Of a DNA stretch of 64,000 nucleotides, positions 25,601 through 40,136 are shown one piece after another. The stretch is from Prorocentrum cordatum (lineage: Eukaryota). The notes beneath the pieces were generated by a model that saw only the letters and a list, made by a program, of their open reading frames with translations, was not told the origin of the DNA and searched no databases. Numbering within the stretch: the first letter of the stretch is position 1; each line of letters starts with the position of its first letter. A program made the translations under genes and the position numbers. The stretch spans positions 1 to 64,000 of the forward strand of contig CAUYUJ010000102.1 in NCBI GenBank assembly GCA_963575745.1, given 5' to 3'.

Positions 25601-28600
25601 CTTCATTCGCACCCGTTCACCGCGCCGCGCGGGGGGACTGGACGGCTGGACTACTAAGGAGGCTAAGGAGTTACCCGACGACATTCTTCGCCTCTTCGCC
25701 AGCGTCCTACGCGCTATGCAACGCACTGGCACCATCCCAGAACCCCTCCTCCACGTGCCAAACCCGTGCCTCCGAAAAGGCCGAGGCGAACTCCCAACGG
25801 ACCAACGACTTCTCTCGGTGCTTTCCGTTTGGATGTATGCGTGGGAAGCGCCAGCTTACCGCAGCCTCACGGACTGGCGGAAAGGATGGACCCACGCCAC
25901 GAGTTTTGGCGCTGTCCCCAAAGCTACCATTGGGGACGTCAGCACTTCTCTCGCCCTTCGCATCGAACACGCCAGAGCCCTTCTCCTTCCCTTGGCTGGA
26001 GCTGCCCTGGACCGTCAGAAGTGTTTCGACTATCTCATCACGGACATATGCCTTAACCTCGCGCTTCACGCGGGGTGTCCCCAAGACATCGTTACTGTCC
26101 GCAGAAACTTCTACAGTCGCCACAAACGCTACATCCGCATGAACGGTGCGTACTCTAAGGAACTGGCCAGGACAAACGGTCACCTCCAGGGAAGCTCTTG
26201 GTCCCTGGACGACATTAAGCTGCTCATGTGTGTATGGACCAAGAGACAGCATCGATACGTTCCGCGATCACTCAGCACTACCTTTGTTGACGACAGCAAC
26301 TCCACTACCCACACCGCACCCGAGTTGCAGAAATCTCTTGATGAAACCGCCAAGTTTGATCGATTTTCTGGTCAACGCATTCATCCTGGAAAAGTGGCGG
26401 GGTGGGCGCTCACTGACGAGCTTCACACCGCCGTTACCCAGCTCACTTTGGCGGAACGGCCCTTACGCGTGGTCGACTCCTTTAAGCTCGTCGGAAGTTA
26501 CATCAACGCCGAGGCAGCGCCGGCTCCAGCCGCGCTTAACCTCACGGCCACCGCTGACGCCCGTGTTCGCAGGGCGACTAGTCGCCTGCCGCGCATTGGC
26601 AAGCTCCCATCACCGATGCTTATTAAGGCGCGGCACGCCCGTTCCCTTGCTGCCAGCGTCTGTACCACGGGCACCGACATTCAAGCCCCATCAGGCCCCG
26701 TCAAAACTGCCTACAACCATGCCCTTAAGGCGGCTATCCGCCCCAAGGGAAACAGGTGGGTCGAGTTTTGGACTCTCATGGCCGTGTGCGTCCCAGGACA
26801 CGCCCTGGAGATTGACGCCATTATGCAGCGTGAAGTCTTCCTGTGTCTGCGGCGACAGGTCAACCGCGACGCTACTCTCTGCGGTCTCGTCAGGGATCTC
26901 CAACACCATGTCCAGACCCTTTTCGGGGGAGGACCTGTTGGACGACTTGTCCAGACGCTTCAGCAGCTCCGTTGGACCTGGCCCACATTTGGCATCATGT
27001 ACGACGACTGGGGCTGTCAGATCAGTTGGCTGAACCTTCCCCAAAACGCCTTCCTTCACATGCTGCGCGCCTCACAACGCAGAGCCTTTCTGAGAAAAAT
27101 CAAGCCACGGCGTCATGACCTTGGACACCTGGCTTCTGTCAGACAGGGCCTCGACCTTTTCGCCAGCACGTGGCTCGCCCGCACGAAAGGAGCAGCCAAA
27201 TGCAACGCATGGCAGCTGGCGCTCCTCCTCAACTACCTGTCGGGCGGGGACCACACCCAACAGCGACGATCTCGATCAAACACGTCCGCTGACCCCAGCC
27301 CCATCTGCCGTTACTGCGACGAGGAAGAGGAAACTCAGGAGCACACTGTTCGCGACTGCAAGTGCTGGGCCCGCGAAAGAGTCCCTCTTACCACCCTCAT
27401 CAGTGACGAGCAGTGGGCCCGTCTTCCACCGCACACAAGACACTGCGGGCTCTTCGATGAAGACCCAGCCCTCCTCGATCTGCAGGCCGACCTCGCGAGG
27501 GACCCGCTACCTCAGCCCATACCGCGGCCCCCACCTGAGGGAGATCCTGCGGCTTCAGCCCAGGACTCCTACACCACCTACCTTGACCATGACACTGGTT
27601 GGACATGGGTCTACGCTGCCACGGACGGTGCATGCACCAACCAAGCCATCCCATTGCTTGCAAGAGCGGGCTACGGCGTCTACTACGGCATCGACCACCG
27701 CATGAACTACAGTGCGCGCGTTCACGGCATCACGCAGAACGCACAGCTTGCGGAGACCCTCGCCATTGTCCACCTCACGGCATGTGCCGAACGGCCCGTA
27801 CACGTCTTCGTGGACAACCAGGCGGTGGTTGACGGTTTCCAAAGGATCATCGACGGACACTCACCACCGCAGGGCACGCACGTGGAGCTCTGGGAAAAGG
27901 TCCACCGATGTGTCATGGCCAAGCCAAACATGTTCCGCGTCGAGAAAGTCGCTAGCCACCAGGGCGACATGGGCATCGACCTCGGGCTCATCGGGCCCAT
28001 CGCGGAGGAGTTCAATCGTCAGGCTGACGCCCTCGCCACAGCGGCGGCACGTACTCATAACCTTCCAGACGACATCGTCGAAGCTGCCAAATCACGACAT
28101 CGCCAAGCGACCGTGCTTCATGGAGTCGCTGTCGCCATCTACGAGCGTAGACATCGTACACTCCCCCTCCCACACCGCAGGGCTGGGTTCACAGCTGCGG
28201 AACTAAACAAAATGGAACCAAATCCCCTGCTGTCTGACCAGGCACCACCCGCGGCTGGACCAGACATCCCACAAAACCCCGACGAGCTCTGGGCCGAGGC
28301 CCAACGGGTGTTATTCGACGAACAGGAGGACGACCCGTTCGGCTTTGGTGGAGGCCTGGACTTCCTGGGCGACGGGCCAGCCAGCGCCAACCCTGCCCCG
28401 TCGGGTACCCGCACGGCGCCCCCGACTCCGCCATTGAGAGCGGCAGCGCACCCACATGACAACGCCGTTCCTTTTCAAGACGCTGACGAGCAGGACGATG
28501 ACCTGTTCAGCTTCGGTGGGGGATCGGACGCTTTGGACGACGGACCAGCCAGCGAAAACCCCGCCCCGTCGGGAAACCTCTCGACCCCTACTGCGACTCC

Positions 28601-29372
28601 GTCCCCAAGAGCGATAACGCCCACATACGATGATATCGGCCACCGCCAAGACGCCGACCATGACCTGGGCGACCCCCGAGGACTGAGTGGCATTGAGGAC
28701 GCACCGCCGATACCACACGCTGCCGACCATGCCGCCCCACCGAGACGCCAACCTTCTACGCGACCGACCTCAGCGGCCTTGCACGGCATCACGACTGGTC
28801 CCACCGCGCAAACCACTCCGCCTCCCCACCGCCGGCAGCCCGCGGGGGCGGCTTCAGCCCCCCCGCAGGGTACTAAACCAGACAGGCCCTCGTGCCCCAT
28901 CCACGCTTCCTTCGTTGCTGAGCGAGAGGAAGCGGCTCCCCTGACCTCTCGGAGCGTGGCCCTAGCGGCTCCAGCCCTGGGGTCGCGCCGGCCCCTCCAG
29001 TCACCCTTCAAGGGTGACGGACGTCAGCGTACAGGGTCCCGCACTACGCTAGTCCACCATTTGGACAGGCGTACCGAGGACCTCGCCTCTGTCTCGAGGC
29101 CCTCGGCTGCTGGCACTGAGCAGCCACCCCTCACCGACCGCGAAACCGAGCTGTCACAGGCTATGGCTGCCCTCCAGCAGAGGTGCTTAGCTCTCGCCGC
29201 GGACCTCGCCGCCGCCCAAGCTCGTCAAGGCCCTCTACTCCAGCGCCTCCACAGCGCTGGGCGAGCCTTTGCCGAGCTGCTCACGGCCTCGCCCGATGGT
29301 GCCGTGCCGTCACTCACCATCCAAGCTATGCTGTCATCGTTCCGCGGCGCTCCACCTGGTGCCCCGCGCTAA
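16605..29372 (+). CDS. ORF2 polyprotein, copy 2 (~4,250 aa reconstructed); -1 frameshifts at ~22572, ~23909, ~24787; RT motif FVDD intact
   Basis: Pieces 16581-22934, 22835-24100, 24199-24816 and 24813-29372 join where copy 1 has one more base. The cargo region reads in frame into APE (TDIYEPPLAQ...IHLVSLNITSL). Confidence 0.8.
19401..19742 (+). other. ART/PARP-like domain in ORF2, copy 2
   Basis: TVFWHGT...GRTYASVHPSLAAWYA...HNYV, with key residues identical to copy 1. Confidence 0.65.
25623..26500 (+). other. Reverse transcriptase domain, non-LTR type (copy 1: ~9550-10425)
   Basis: RAGGLDGW, LRKG..DQRLLSV, LDRQKCFD, GHLQGSSWS, FVDDS (26283-26297), SGQRIHPGK, FKLVG. Confidence 0.95.
27303..27360 (+). 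other. CCHC zinc knuckle downstream of RT (copy 1: 11227-11283)
   Basis: ICRYCDEEEETQEHTVRDC = C-x2-C-x8-H-x4-C. Confidence 0.85.
27609..28050 (+). other. RNase H domain (copy 1: ~11533-11975)
   Basis: ATDGAC, GYGVYYG, QNAQLAETLA, FVDNQAV, KVASH, NRQADALA: D-E-D-H-D catalytic set present. Confidence 0.93.
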
Positions 29373-29740
29373 TCTCCTCCTTTCTGCCTGCCCGTGTGTA
29401 CGCGTGGCTCCGCGTCCACGGTGTCAGGGCGTGGGGGCGGGGGGTGCCCCGTCACTGCGCGCCGCTTAGCGGCCAAGCGCCCAACAGGCGGTCTGCCAAG
29501 CCGCCTAGCCACGTGCCAGCACGTCGCCTTTCTTGTTGGGGCCTTTTTCCTCACGCGGTCTGACAGGTGAGATCATCATCGTCTGTCCGCCGTCTGTAGC
29601 GTCTGTCGCACTGCGCCGGGGGAGGGGGTTTTTGTTGCCCGCCCTCGTATCTAAAGGCTGCACCGCCGCAAATAGTGCATGCGAGTTGTCGCACCGCAGT
29701 GCGCCTCGCGGACGGACCCTGGTCCGCCTACTTGTCCGAT

Positions 29741-30915
<1,175 letters not shown>

Positions 30916-31320
30916 CCCTTTCTCCATGTCTCTGCCGTTTGCTCACGTTCTCGGTTCATGTCGAATGTTTTTTGGCCGCGGCATCACCTAGAGGCGCGCT
31001 TTCATTGGGAAGTCGAACAACTGGCAAGCAGAAAAAGATCAGCCAACACATTCGTTGAATGTTTCGCACGGCAATCTCGGCATTAGAACCAGATATGCGC
31101 CCATTAGTTTGCAAGTTCGAAATTAGAGCGTTCCCAAATTCGAGCACGCGGGCTAGACTTCGACCATCCAAGCGCCATTTATCTTGTTTGCGGACGAGCG
31201 ATAGTTTGAGCAGCGCCGTCGTTAGTTATTCGATTATAAAAATTATGCTAACGGCGTTCCCCACATAAAGAGATTAACGGTTTCGTGGGACCCATTTTCT
31301 TGATGCCCTCCTCGCGACGC

Positions 31321-32692
31321 TGGAGGGGTGGGAGGGGCACGAAACCATGTAAATAGTATGGTATTCCGGTACCATCCTCGCTCAGGCGGGGCCTCCCTGG
31401 AGGGGTGGGAGGGGCACGAAACCATGTAAATAGTATGGTTTGCGGATACCCTCCTCGCTCAGGCGGGGCCTCCCTGGAGGGGTGGGAGGGGCACGAAACC
31501 ATGTAAATAGTATGGTTTCCGATACCCTCCTCGCTCAGGCGGGGCCTCCCTGGAGGGGTGGGAGGGGCACGAAACCATGTAAATAGTATGGTATTCCGAT
31601 ACCCTCCTCGCTCAGGCGGGGCCTCCCTGGAGGGGTGGGAGGGGCACGAAACCATGTAAATAGTATGGTATTCCGATACCCTCCTCGCTCAGGCGGGGCC
31701 TCCCTGGAGGGGTGGGAGGGGCACGAAACCATGTAAATAGTATGGTATTCCGATACCCTCCTCGCTCAGGCGGGGCCTCCCTGGAGGGGTGGGAGGGGCA
31801 CGAAACCATGTAAATAGTATGGTATTCCGATACCCTCCTCGCTCAGGCGGGGCCTCCCTGGAGGGGTGGGAGGGGCACGAAACCATGTAAATAGTATGGT
31901 ATTCCGATACCCTCCTCGCTCAGGCGGGGCCTCCCTGGAGGGGTGGGAGGGGCACGAAACCATGTAAATAGTATGGTATTCCGATACCCTCCTCGCTCAG
32001 GCGGGGCCTCCCTGGAGGGGTGGGAGGGGCACGAAACCATGGAGGCGGGGCCTCCCTGGAGGGGTGGGAGGGGCACGAAACCATGTAAATAGTATGGTAT
32101 TCCGATACCCTCCTCGCTCAGGCGGGGCCTCCCTGGAGGGGTGGGAGGGGCACGAAACCATGTAAATAGTATGGTATTCCGATACCCTCCTCGCTCAGGC
32201 GGGGCCTCCCTGGAGGGGTGGGAGGGGCACGAAACCATGTAAATAGTATGGTATTCCGATACCCTCCTCGCTCAGGCGGGGCCTCCCTGGAGGGGTGGGA
32301 GGGGCACGAAACCATGTAAATAGTATGGGTTTCCGATACCCTCCTCGCTCAGGCGGGGCCTCCCTGGAGGGGTGGGAGGGGCACGAAACCATGTAAATAG
32401 TATGGTTTTCCGATACCCTCCTCGCTCAGGCGGGGCCTCCCTGGAGGGGTGGGAGGGGCACGAAACCATGTAAATAGTATGGTATTCCGATACCCTCCTC
32501 GCTCAGGCGGGGCCTCCCTGGAGGGGTGGGAGGGGCACGAAACCATGTAAATAGTATGGTATTCCGATACCCTCCTCGCTCAGGCGGGGCCTCCCTGGAG
32601 GGGTGGGAGGGGCACGAAACCATGTAAATAGTATGGTATTCCGATACCCTCCTCGCTCAGGCGGGGCCTCCCTGGAGGGGTGGGAGGGGCAC
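31321..32692. repeat. 77-bp tandem satellite, ~17 units plus one deleted unit near 32040
   Basis: Unit ggaggggtgggaggggcacgaaaccatgtaaatagtatggtattccgataccctcctcgctcaggcggggcctccct; ORF-track repeats are offset by 77. Confidence 0.97.
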
Positions 32693-32698
32693 GCACGC

Positions 32699-32800
32699 CA
32701 TGGTATGGTATGGTACGGTATGGTACGTATGGTGGTATGGTATGGTATGGTATGGTATGGTATGGTATGTGTGGTAGGAACTATGGTATGGTATGGTGTG
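32699..32800. repeat. (TATGG)n pentanucleotide repeat
   Basis: Directly visible. Confidence 0.9.
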
Positions 32801-34757
32801 TGTGGTAGGAATAATATTGTGCTGTATGGAAGATGGAGCGGGAGGTGGGTGGGAAGGAGAGGGTGTTCTGGGAAAACAAGAACCCCACTCAGGATGTGGG
32901 GAAATATGTTGTGCATTACCTTCATGTCATCATTTACAGTTGTTGCATGTTGCATTGCATTCAACAGAGTTAAATTTGAAAGTGGAACAGCTTTCCGATT
33001 GTGCACTGTGTGGTTCGTGGTCACACAGCTGGAAGCAGGTGTGGAATCAGGTTGCAGCTCAAGGGCGTTGGCTCTAGAGCAACTCCGGTTGTTCTGGGAT
33101 TTCATTTCTGTCGCGCATGGCCCACCCCAAGTGTCAGCCTGCCTCTGGGTCGGCCCCAGGCGAGCAGAGTCGCCCCATTGCGCCGCCCCTCGCCTCCTCG
33201 ACGTCCGGAGCCGCGGCAACGCCCCCAGGCGAGTCGACGGAGACGCCGCGGAGCTGGACCCGCGAGGGCGCCGAGAAGGACAATATTTGGGGGCGCCTGT
33301 CCGAGCGGATTCAGGCCGCCGCCAGCAAATCTCCGCAGCGCAAGAAGGGCGCAGACAACGCCGACGCAATGGCGACCATCCGCGGAGGTTCTGAAGCTGA
33401 ACAGTTTTCCCAGGAGTCGGGTCGACCGCCGGCCCCCTCGGGCGTCGGTTCCGAGCCAGGCGCGGACTCCGCCCCCCCGACAGCGCCGGGCGCCAGTCAG
33501 AACGCCCGCCCTTTCACGCACGGCTCCGGACGGCGGTTACTTCAACCACATGATCCAGAACATGGGCACGAAGGTGTCGATCGCGAATCTGCGGATTCAG
33601 ATGACGACGCCATTTACAGCCTTGGCTTCTGTCCGAAAGCGCGATCTGCAGTGAGATGGAGACGACTTGGCCAATGCATTTTCCCGTTTGTCTTCCGTCG
33701 AATCGCGCCCATCCGGCATGAGTTCGCAGAAACCTATGGCTTCCGTGTTGCTGGACGCGTCTCATCCCCAGGTGGCAGCGTTTGATTTCAAGGCGCCGGA
33801 TTGAGATTATCGTTTGGTTGGGTTCGAGCGTCTGGCGAACATGATCATCGATCAGCGCGCAAAGCCAGAGCCCCCCTGTCATCTTCAGTCGCGCGAAGAC
33901 CAATCGCCTGACAAGTTCCGCTTCATTCTCCCAGTTGGCTAATTGCGAATTTGCACGAGCGTTTCTCGACGCGGCAGGTGGAAGGGGGGCGAAGTTCATC
34001 TGGTCCGACAATCCTCTGCCGCGTCAATGCCGGCCACGCGCAAGATACATTCGAGTCGAAACTGGGCGTCAATGATGGTCAAAAAGCTCGCCGAGCAGGC
34101 GGCCAGAGGCCGCAACGACCGCGCCGAATTGAAGGCGCGCGTCGCTTCCTTCGAAGGCGCCCCGGCTTTCGAGCAGAGCCGCGGTGATCTGGCGGGGAGA
34201 TCTTTCGCGCCATTCGCCCAATTGAAGTTCCCGGCCTAGTGGCGGCGGGGGGCCGCTCCTTTGCTTCCTTCCTCGCCCTCGCCCCCCTCTTCGCACCCTG
34301 CCCTCCACGGAGAGGACGGCGCGCGGTCGCACCCCCGCCCCCAGACGGTCGCGCGGGCGCGGCCCTAGATCGATCGCAGCCGCGCGTCGCCGCAGCCCCT
34401 ATCAGCCAACGCACGCGCATCGTGGTCGCGATTTCGTTTCAGTTTAATGTTTCGCGTTTTTCCATTCAAAGTCATTCGAAAAAGCCCAGTCCGGCCACGG
34501 GATTTTCGAGGGGGTTTGCCCCGGAGACATGGTCAAAGCTAATGTTTGAATCGCGGGGGCGGGCCCCTCGCCTGGCCGAGTCGGTTCGACCCGGCCCTCC
34601 GCTTCTTCGGCCGCCGCCTTCGCCTCGCTTTTCTTTCTCGCAGCGATCTTTGCATGAGCTCTCTCGATCTCGGGAGCCAGCACCCGCGAACCCCCCTCGC
34701 GCGGGCGGCCCGCGCAAATCTGGGCCCGAGCCCACGTTCGTTTCAGCTGATCTCGCA

Positions 34758-36530
34758 GTTCTCAAAGCTAACATCCATAATGCACTGTCAACGCGATCCG
34801 AACAAGGAGCGTCTTCATCCCTTTCCCCCCCCCCTCTTTCTCTTATTTGTCTCACGGAAATTCATTTAGACGGTCCCCGTGCACGTCTTGACCTCGGCGC
34901 GCACAGGCCGACTGCTCACCCGGGCCGCGACGCCAACGGCGGCGGCGCGGCATTCTGCGGCAGACGCGGCCACAGACATTGCAACTTCACGTCATCACAT
35001 TGTCGACCCCGGGCTCGCCTGGATCGCGCACGCGCCGCGCGCGGTTAGACATTGCCAGGCCACGTCTACACGCGCCCACATTACAGCGAGGTTGCCCTCG
35101 TCGAGCGCCCCGGCGTCGAGCGCGCCCGGCCGGGAGCCGACCACGTTCAATCAGTCATAGTGGGAGACACGATTGCCCACGCCACTTCGCGGGCCCAGTT
35201 CTCTCCCCACACCTCCCCCGCCGGCGATTCTCTCAGAGATTGGGTCCGCGACCATGGCTCGGCGCAGCGCGTTCGGTCGCCCACGAGATAACCGCGCTAG
35301 CTTGATTTAGTTCGATCATCCAGATATTTGCAACGGAGTTTGGGACGAGTTGCCCGAGCGCTGCCTCTTTCTCCCTCAGCCCCCCTGCCTTCTTTGCATT
35401 TGCGTTTGCTGCGGCAGCGCTGATTCGGCGCGCGCGGGTCGGAAGTAACGCCCGCGCGTTTGGTCTCGGGGCCGACACCGCTCCCCCAGACGACATCGCG
35501 GAGAGAATTGGTTGGCCGTTGTCTGGGCTAACGGCCGAGTGCATTCCTTCATCTCAGGCGCGCTCTCATTCGCCCCATCCGCGGCTAAGAGAGCGCCGCT
35601 TAAAAAACTAGCGCAAGCTAAATGCGACGCAGCGAGAACACCCTGCCCCCGCCATCCGCTCGCGCCATTTGAAGAACATTTTTGACGAAATTGCACGAGG
35701 AGGTCGGTGCTGGGCCAGACATCACCTCCACCCGAGTGCTAGAAGCTCGTTCTAATCGTCGGCCAGTCCGCTGGCCAAACTCGCCCGGCGCAATGTCTCG
35801 ACAGAAGCGCGGCCGCTCGCTTGGAGAATTAATTGGACAATGTCGGCGCACAAGACAGGATCGTTGAGCGATCTTAGACAGCACATTGGAATGCAGCTTA
35901 GGGCGCAGCTCTCGAAAGTCACGGAGAGAGTCATTGCCAGGACGTCTGCCCCACGCTTGGAGCGCGTAGGTTCCTTCGGCGCCAACCAGATCGCGCGCGG
36001 ACCTGGGCGGGGAGCTCGCGACGCCGTTCAGCATCCTGCGTTCCGCTGGCTGTCTGCCACTGCGCAGGGCAGAAGATTTGTTTTGCATTGCGCTGACGCC
36101 TCTGGCGCTTCCGACAGATCGACAGCAGTGCGCTCTTCACTGAGCTTCGTAGTTTTCGCTTCGATCCGCGGATCTGCGCCGCGGTAACAAGCTGGCCGAC
36201 CCCGCGCAGATATCGGGCCATCGTTCTTGGCCATGCCTCCAGAGAGCTCGAGAAGGAGAACATGGCGCACAGATGCACCGTCTTGGCCCCACCCTTTTGG
36301 CTCGTTTTCTTCTTCGTCTCGCGCCTGGCCATCAGGCGTCGGGCCATCATCGCGCTCCAGGCGATACCGCGCGGATTCCGAGTTGTCGGGGGGTTCGAGG
36401 CGCATGTTTGGAGTGTCTTTGAATCTAGAACACCAGCTATAGCCCGCGTTTCTTCCTCCGGCAGTTTCTCTCTCGATGCCGTTTTAATCAGGTTCTTCCG
36501 CGTTGTGAACACTCAGCCCTGGGATGTCTA
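34758..36530 (+). pseudogene. Decayed APE+RT remnant of a second, unrelated LINE family
   Basis: APE-like: VLKANIH, LICLTEIHLD, GGGAAF, IVGDTIAH. RT-like: GAGPDITSTRVLE, FGANQIARGPGRGARDA, CADASGASDR, CTVLAPPFWLVFF. Spread over several frames with stops. Confidence 0.75.
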
Positions 36531-37156
36531 GCTGTTCTTAACCTTGCAACCTTGGCTGTCCGGAGAGGCATATCCACGCTTGGTGTTATCCACAGGACAG
36601 CGCTGGGTGTCGGACCTTCCGTCTTCCCCCGTTTTTTCCACCTCCTCTTCGCCCCCCCCCCCCCCCCCCCGCACTCGCCGCCGCCGCCCCCGCCATTTGG
36701 CAGAGCCTAGATGTCGCCGGGCTATATTTAATTTTTGGCAGTCGGCATGGCTCGAATTTACACCTTGCTCCTGCACTTTATTGCAATGGCGGGGTCTGAT
36801 TGCGATTTTCAATCGCTGTAAACGACATCGCCGAAAGACGCCGCGCCGCGTTCGCCCGGCTGGCCTTTTTGTTTGTTCCCCCGGGCCCCGTTCGCGCACC
36901 ACTTTTAAAAACGTTGCCGGGGCTGGTGCGGTTGATCCCCTTTTCTTCCTCCTTCTCCCCCCCCCTCTTCTGCTCTCCTTGCTCTCGCTCCGTCGTTGGA
37001 TGTGGTCGTGCCCCACCGTCGTCGTCGCTCGCCCGTCGTCGTCGAGCCCTCTTTCCTCCGCCCCTTGCCCCCTCCCCCCCTGGCCGCCGCGCATGGAATG
37101 CACGTTGCGCGTTTGCGCGTTGCCACCGTTGGGGCTTGGCCCTCCCCGCTCGCCTC

Positions 37157-37500
<344 letters not shown>

Positions 37501-38189
37501 CCTCGTCGTCCGTCGCATGCTGCCGCGGCCTCCCTCCTCCTTCCCCCTCCCCCCCCCACCCTCCCTTCCCCGCCCGCACCGCTCTCGTCCTCTTCCGCGG
37601 GCGGCGCGCGGTTCCCGCATTCTCCAGAGCCGGGTGCCGGCCCGCGCCTTGCTATTTTTAACAGCCCCGCCCAGGATTTTCAAGGCCCATAGTTTGTCGT
37701 TTGCCTTTTTGCGTTTTGAGGTTTCAGCCACGAAGTTCTGTCCATTTTCGTCGTTTTCTTCATACATCCTCCCTCCTCTTTCCTCGCATGGTCTTTACGG
37801 TTCGCTGAATGGCTTTCCTGTCTCATGTTGCCTCGTCGCCGTGGCATTGCCAGGCGTCTTGCGCGGCATATTGGATGTTGTGTTTTTGTTGTATGACGAT
37901 ATCCTTGGGGGACGGTCTTGCCTGGCTTCCATCGACTCCCACTGCATTTGTAAAGGTGCATCAATGCACAGATGCACATGGAAAAATAGGCTGGGATTGT
38001 TTGGCGAGCACAGCCCAAGCAGGCCCGAAGTGGCCGAGCAGCCTCGGCTCAAGCACGCGCGCACAGGCCAAGAAAGGCTCCCACGCAAAAGCACGGTCGA
38101 GCAGGCCCGAGCAGATCCGAGCCTTGGACAGACTCGCTCGGGCCCGAGCGGACCCGAAGAGCGCCGACCAGGCTTGGAGCGCTCGTTGG

Positions 38190-38560
38190 CGTTTTTGGGG
38201 CCGTTTTGGGGCCCTCTTGGGGCTTTGGAGCTCTCTTGGGGCCCTGTTGGGTCTTTCTGGGGAACCCTGGAGGCCCTCTTGGGTCATCTTGGAGGCGATC
38301 GATCAAAAAAGGTTTTAAAAAAAAATCTCCAGACCGTCTCTCGGGGCGCTTTTGGAGCCCTCTGGAGGCGTTTTTGGGCGCTCTCGGGGCCGTTTGGGGG
38401 AGCCTCTTGGGCCATCTTGGGGCCATCAGAAGCGCGCATCGAGAAGACAAAAATCGCTGATTTTCTTTATGGCGTTTCATGGATTTGGGCTTCTCGGGGG
38501 GGTCTTGAGGAGTACCGAGGGCCCGCTTGGAGCCAGTTTGGGCCATCTTGGACGCCCCAA
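38190..38560. repeat. Degenerate ~11-bp repeats (ttggggccctc / ttgggccatc-like)
   Basis: Recurring ttgggg/ttggag-ccc/cat-ct motifs. Confidence 0.6.
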
Positions 38561-38693
38561 ACCCTCGCGGGGCCCCCCGTCCAGGTCCAAAGGAGCGGGT
38601 AGGGGGAGGGGTATTTCCCGAAGAGGAAGAAGGGGTTGTGGAAGAGGAAGATCTCGTTAGGCCACTTGTCGCCCAGAGGGTTGGTGGGAATGG

Positions 38694-39960
<1,267 letters not shown>

Positions 39961-40085
39961 CCGTCGGTGACGCGCCTCGGATTTACAAGTCGAGTCAGAT
40001 TTGGACGTCCCGCTGGAACCAGCAAACATTATGCGCAATTTCTTGCCGCCCGTTCGGGAGCACACACACACACATACACACACAG

Positions 40086-40117
<32 letters not shown>

Positions 40118-40131
40118 AGGTATATATACAC

Positions 40132-40136
<5 letters not shown>

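Larger units (their letters stand above)
13700..29740 (+). mobile_element. Giant (~16.04 kb) non-LTR retrotransposon, copy 2, apparently full length
   Basis: Starts agtctcggctcg right after (TC)20 and ends ...cctacttgtccgat before a CT tract, the same 3' end as copy 1. Contains ORF1 and a long ORF2 with APE-RT-CCHC-RNase H. Confidence 0.95.

Noticed and set aside
697..29011. Many antisense and alternate-frame ORFs within the retrotransposons, and 42122-43793 opposite the helicase
   Set aside because: Expected shadows of GC-rich coding sequence, with no recognisable motifs.
1..29740. LTR retrotransposon, or simple segmental duplication/assembly duplicate
   Set aside because: No LTR, protease or integrase motifs, and APE-RT architecture. 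The repeat boundary coincides exactly with element ends and the copies differ at many sites.
31321..32692. 77-bp array as a CRISPR array or tandem hammerhead ribozymes
   Set aside because: No unique spacers and no cas genes. The CUGA-like (minus strand) and GAAA (plus strand) motifs are on opposite strands.
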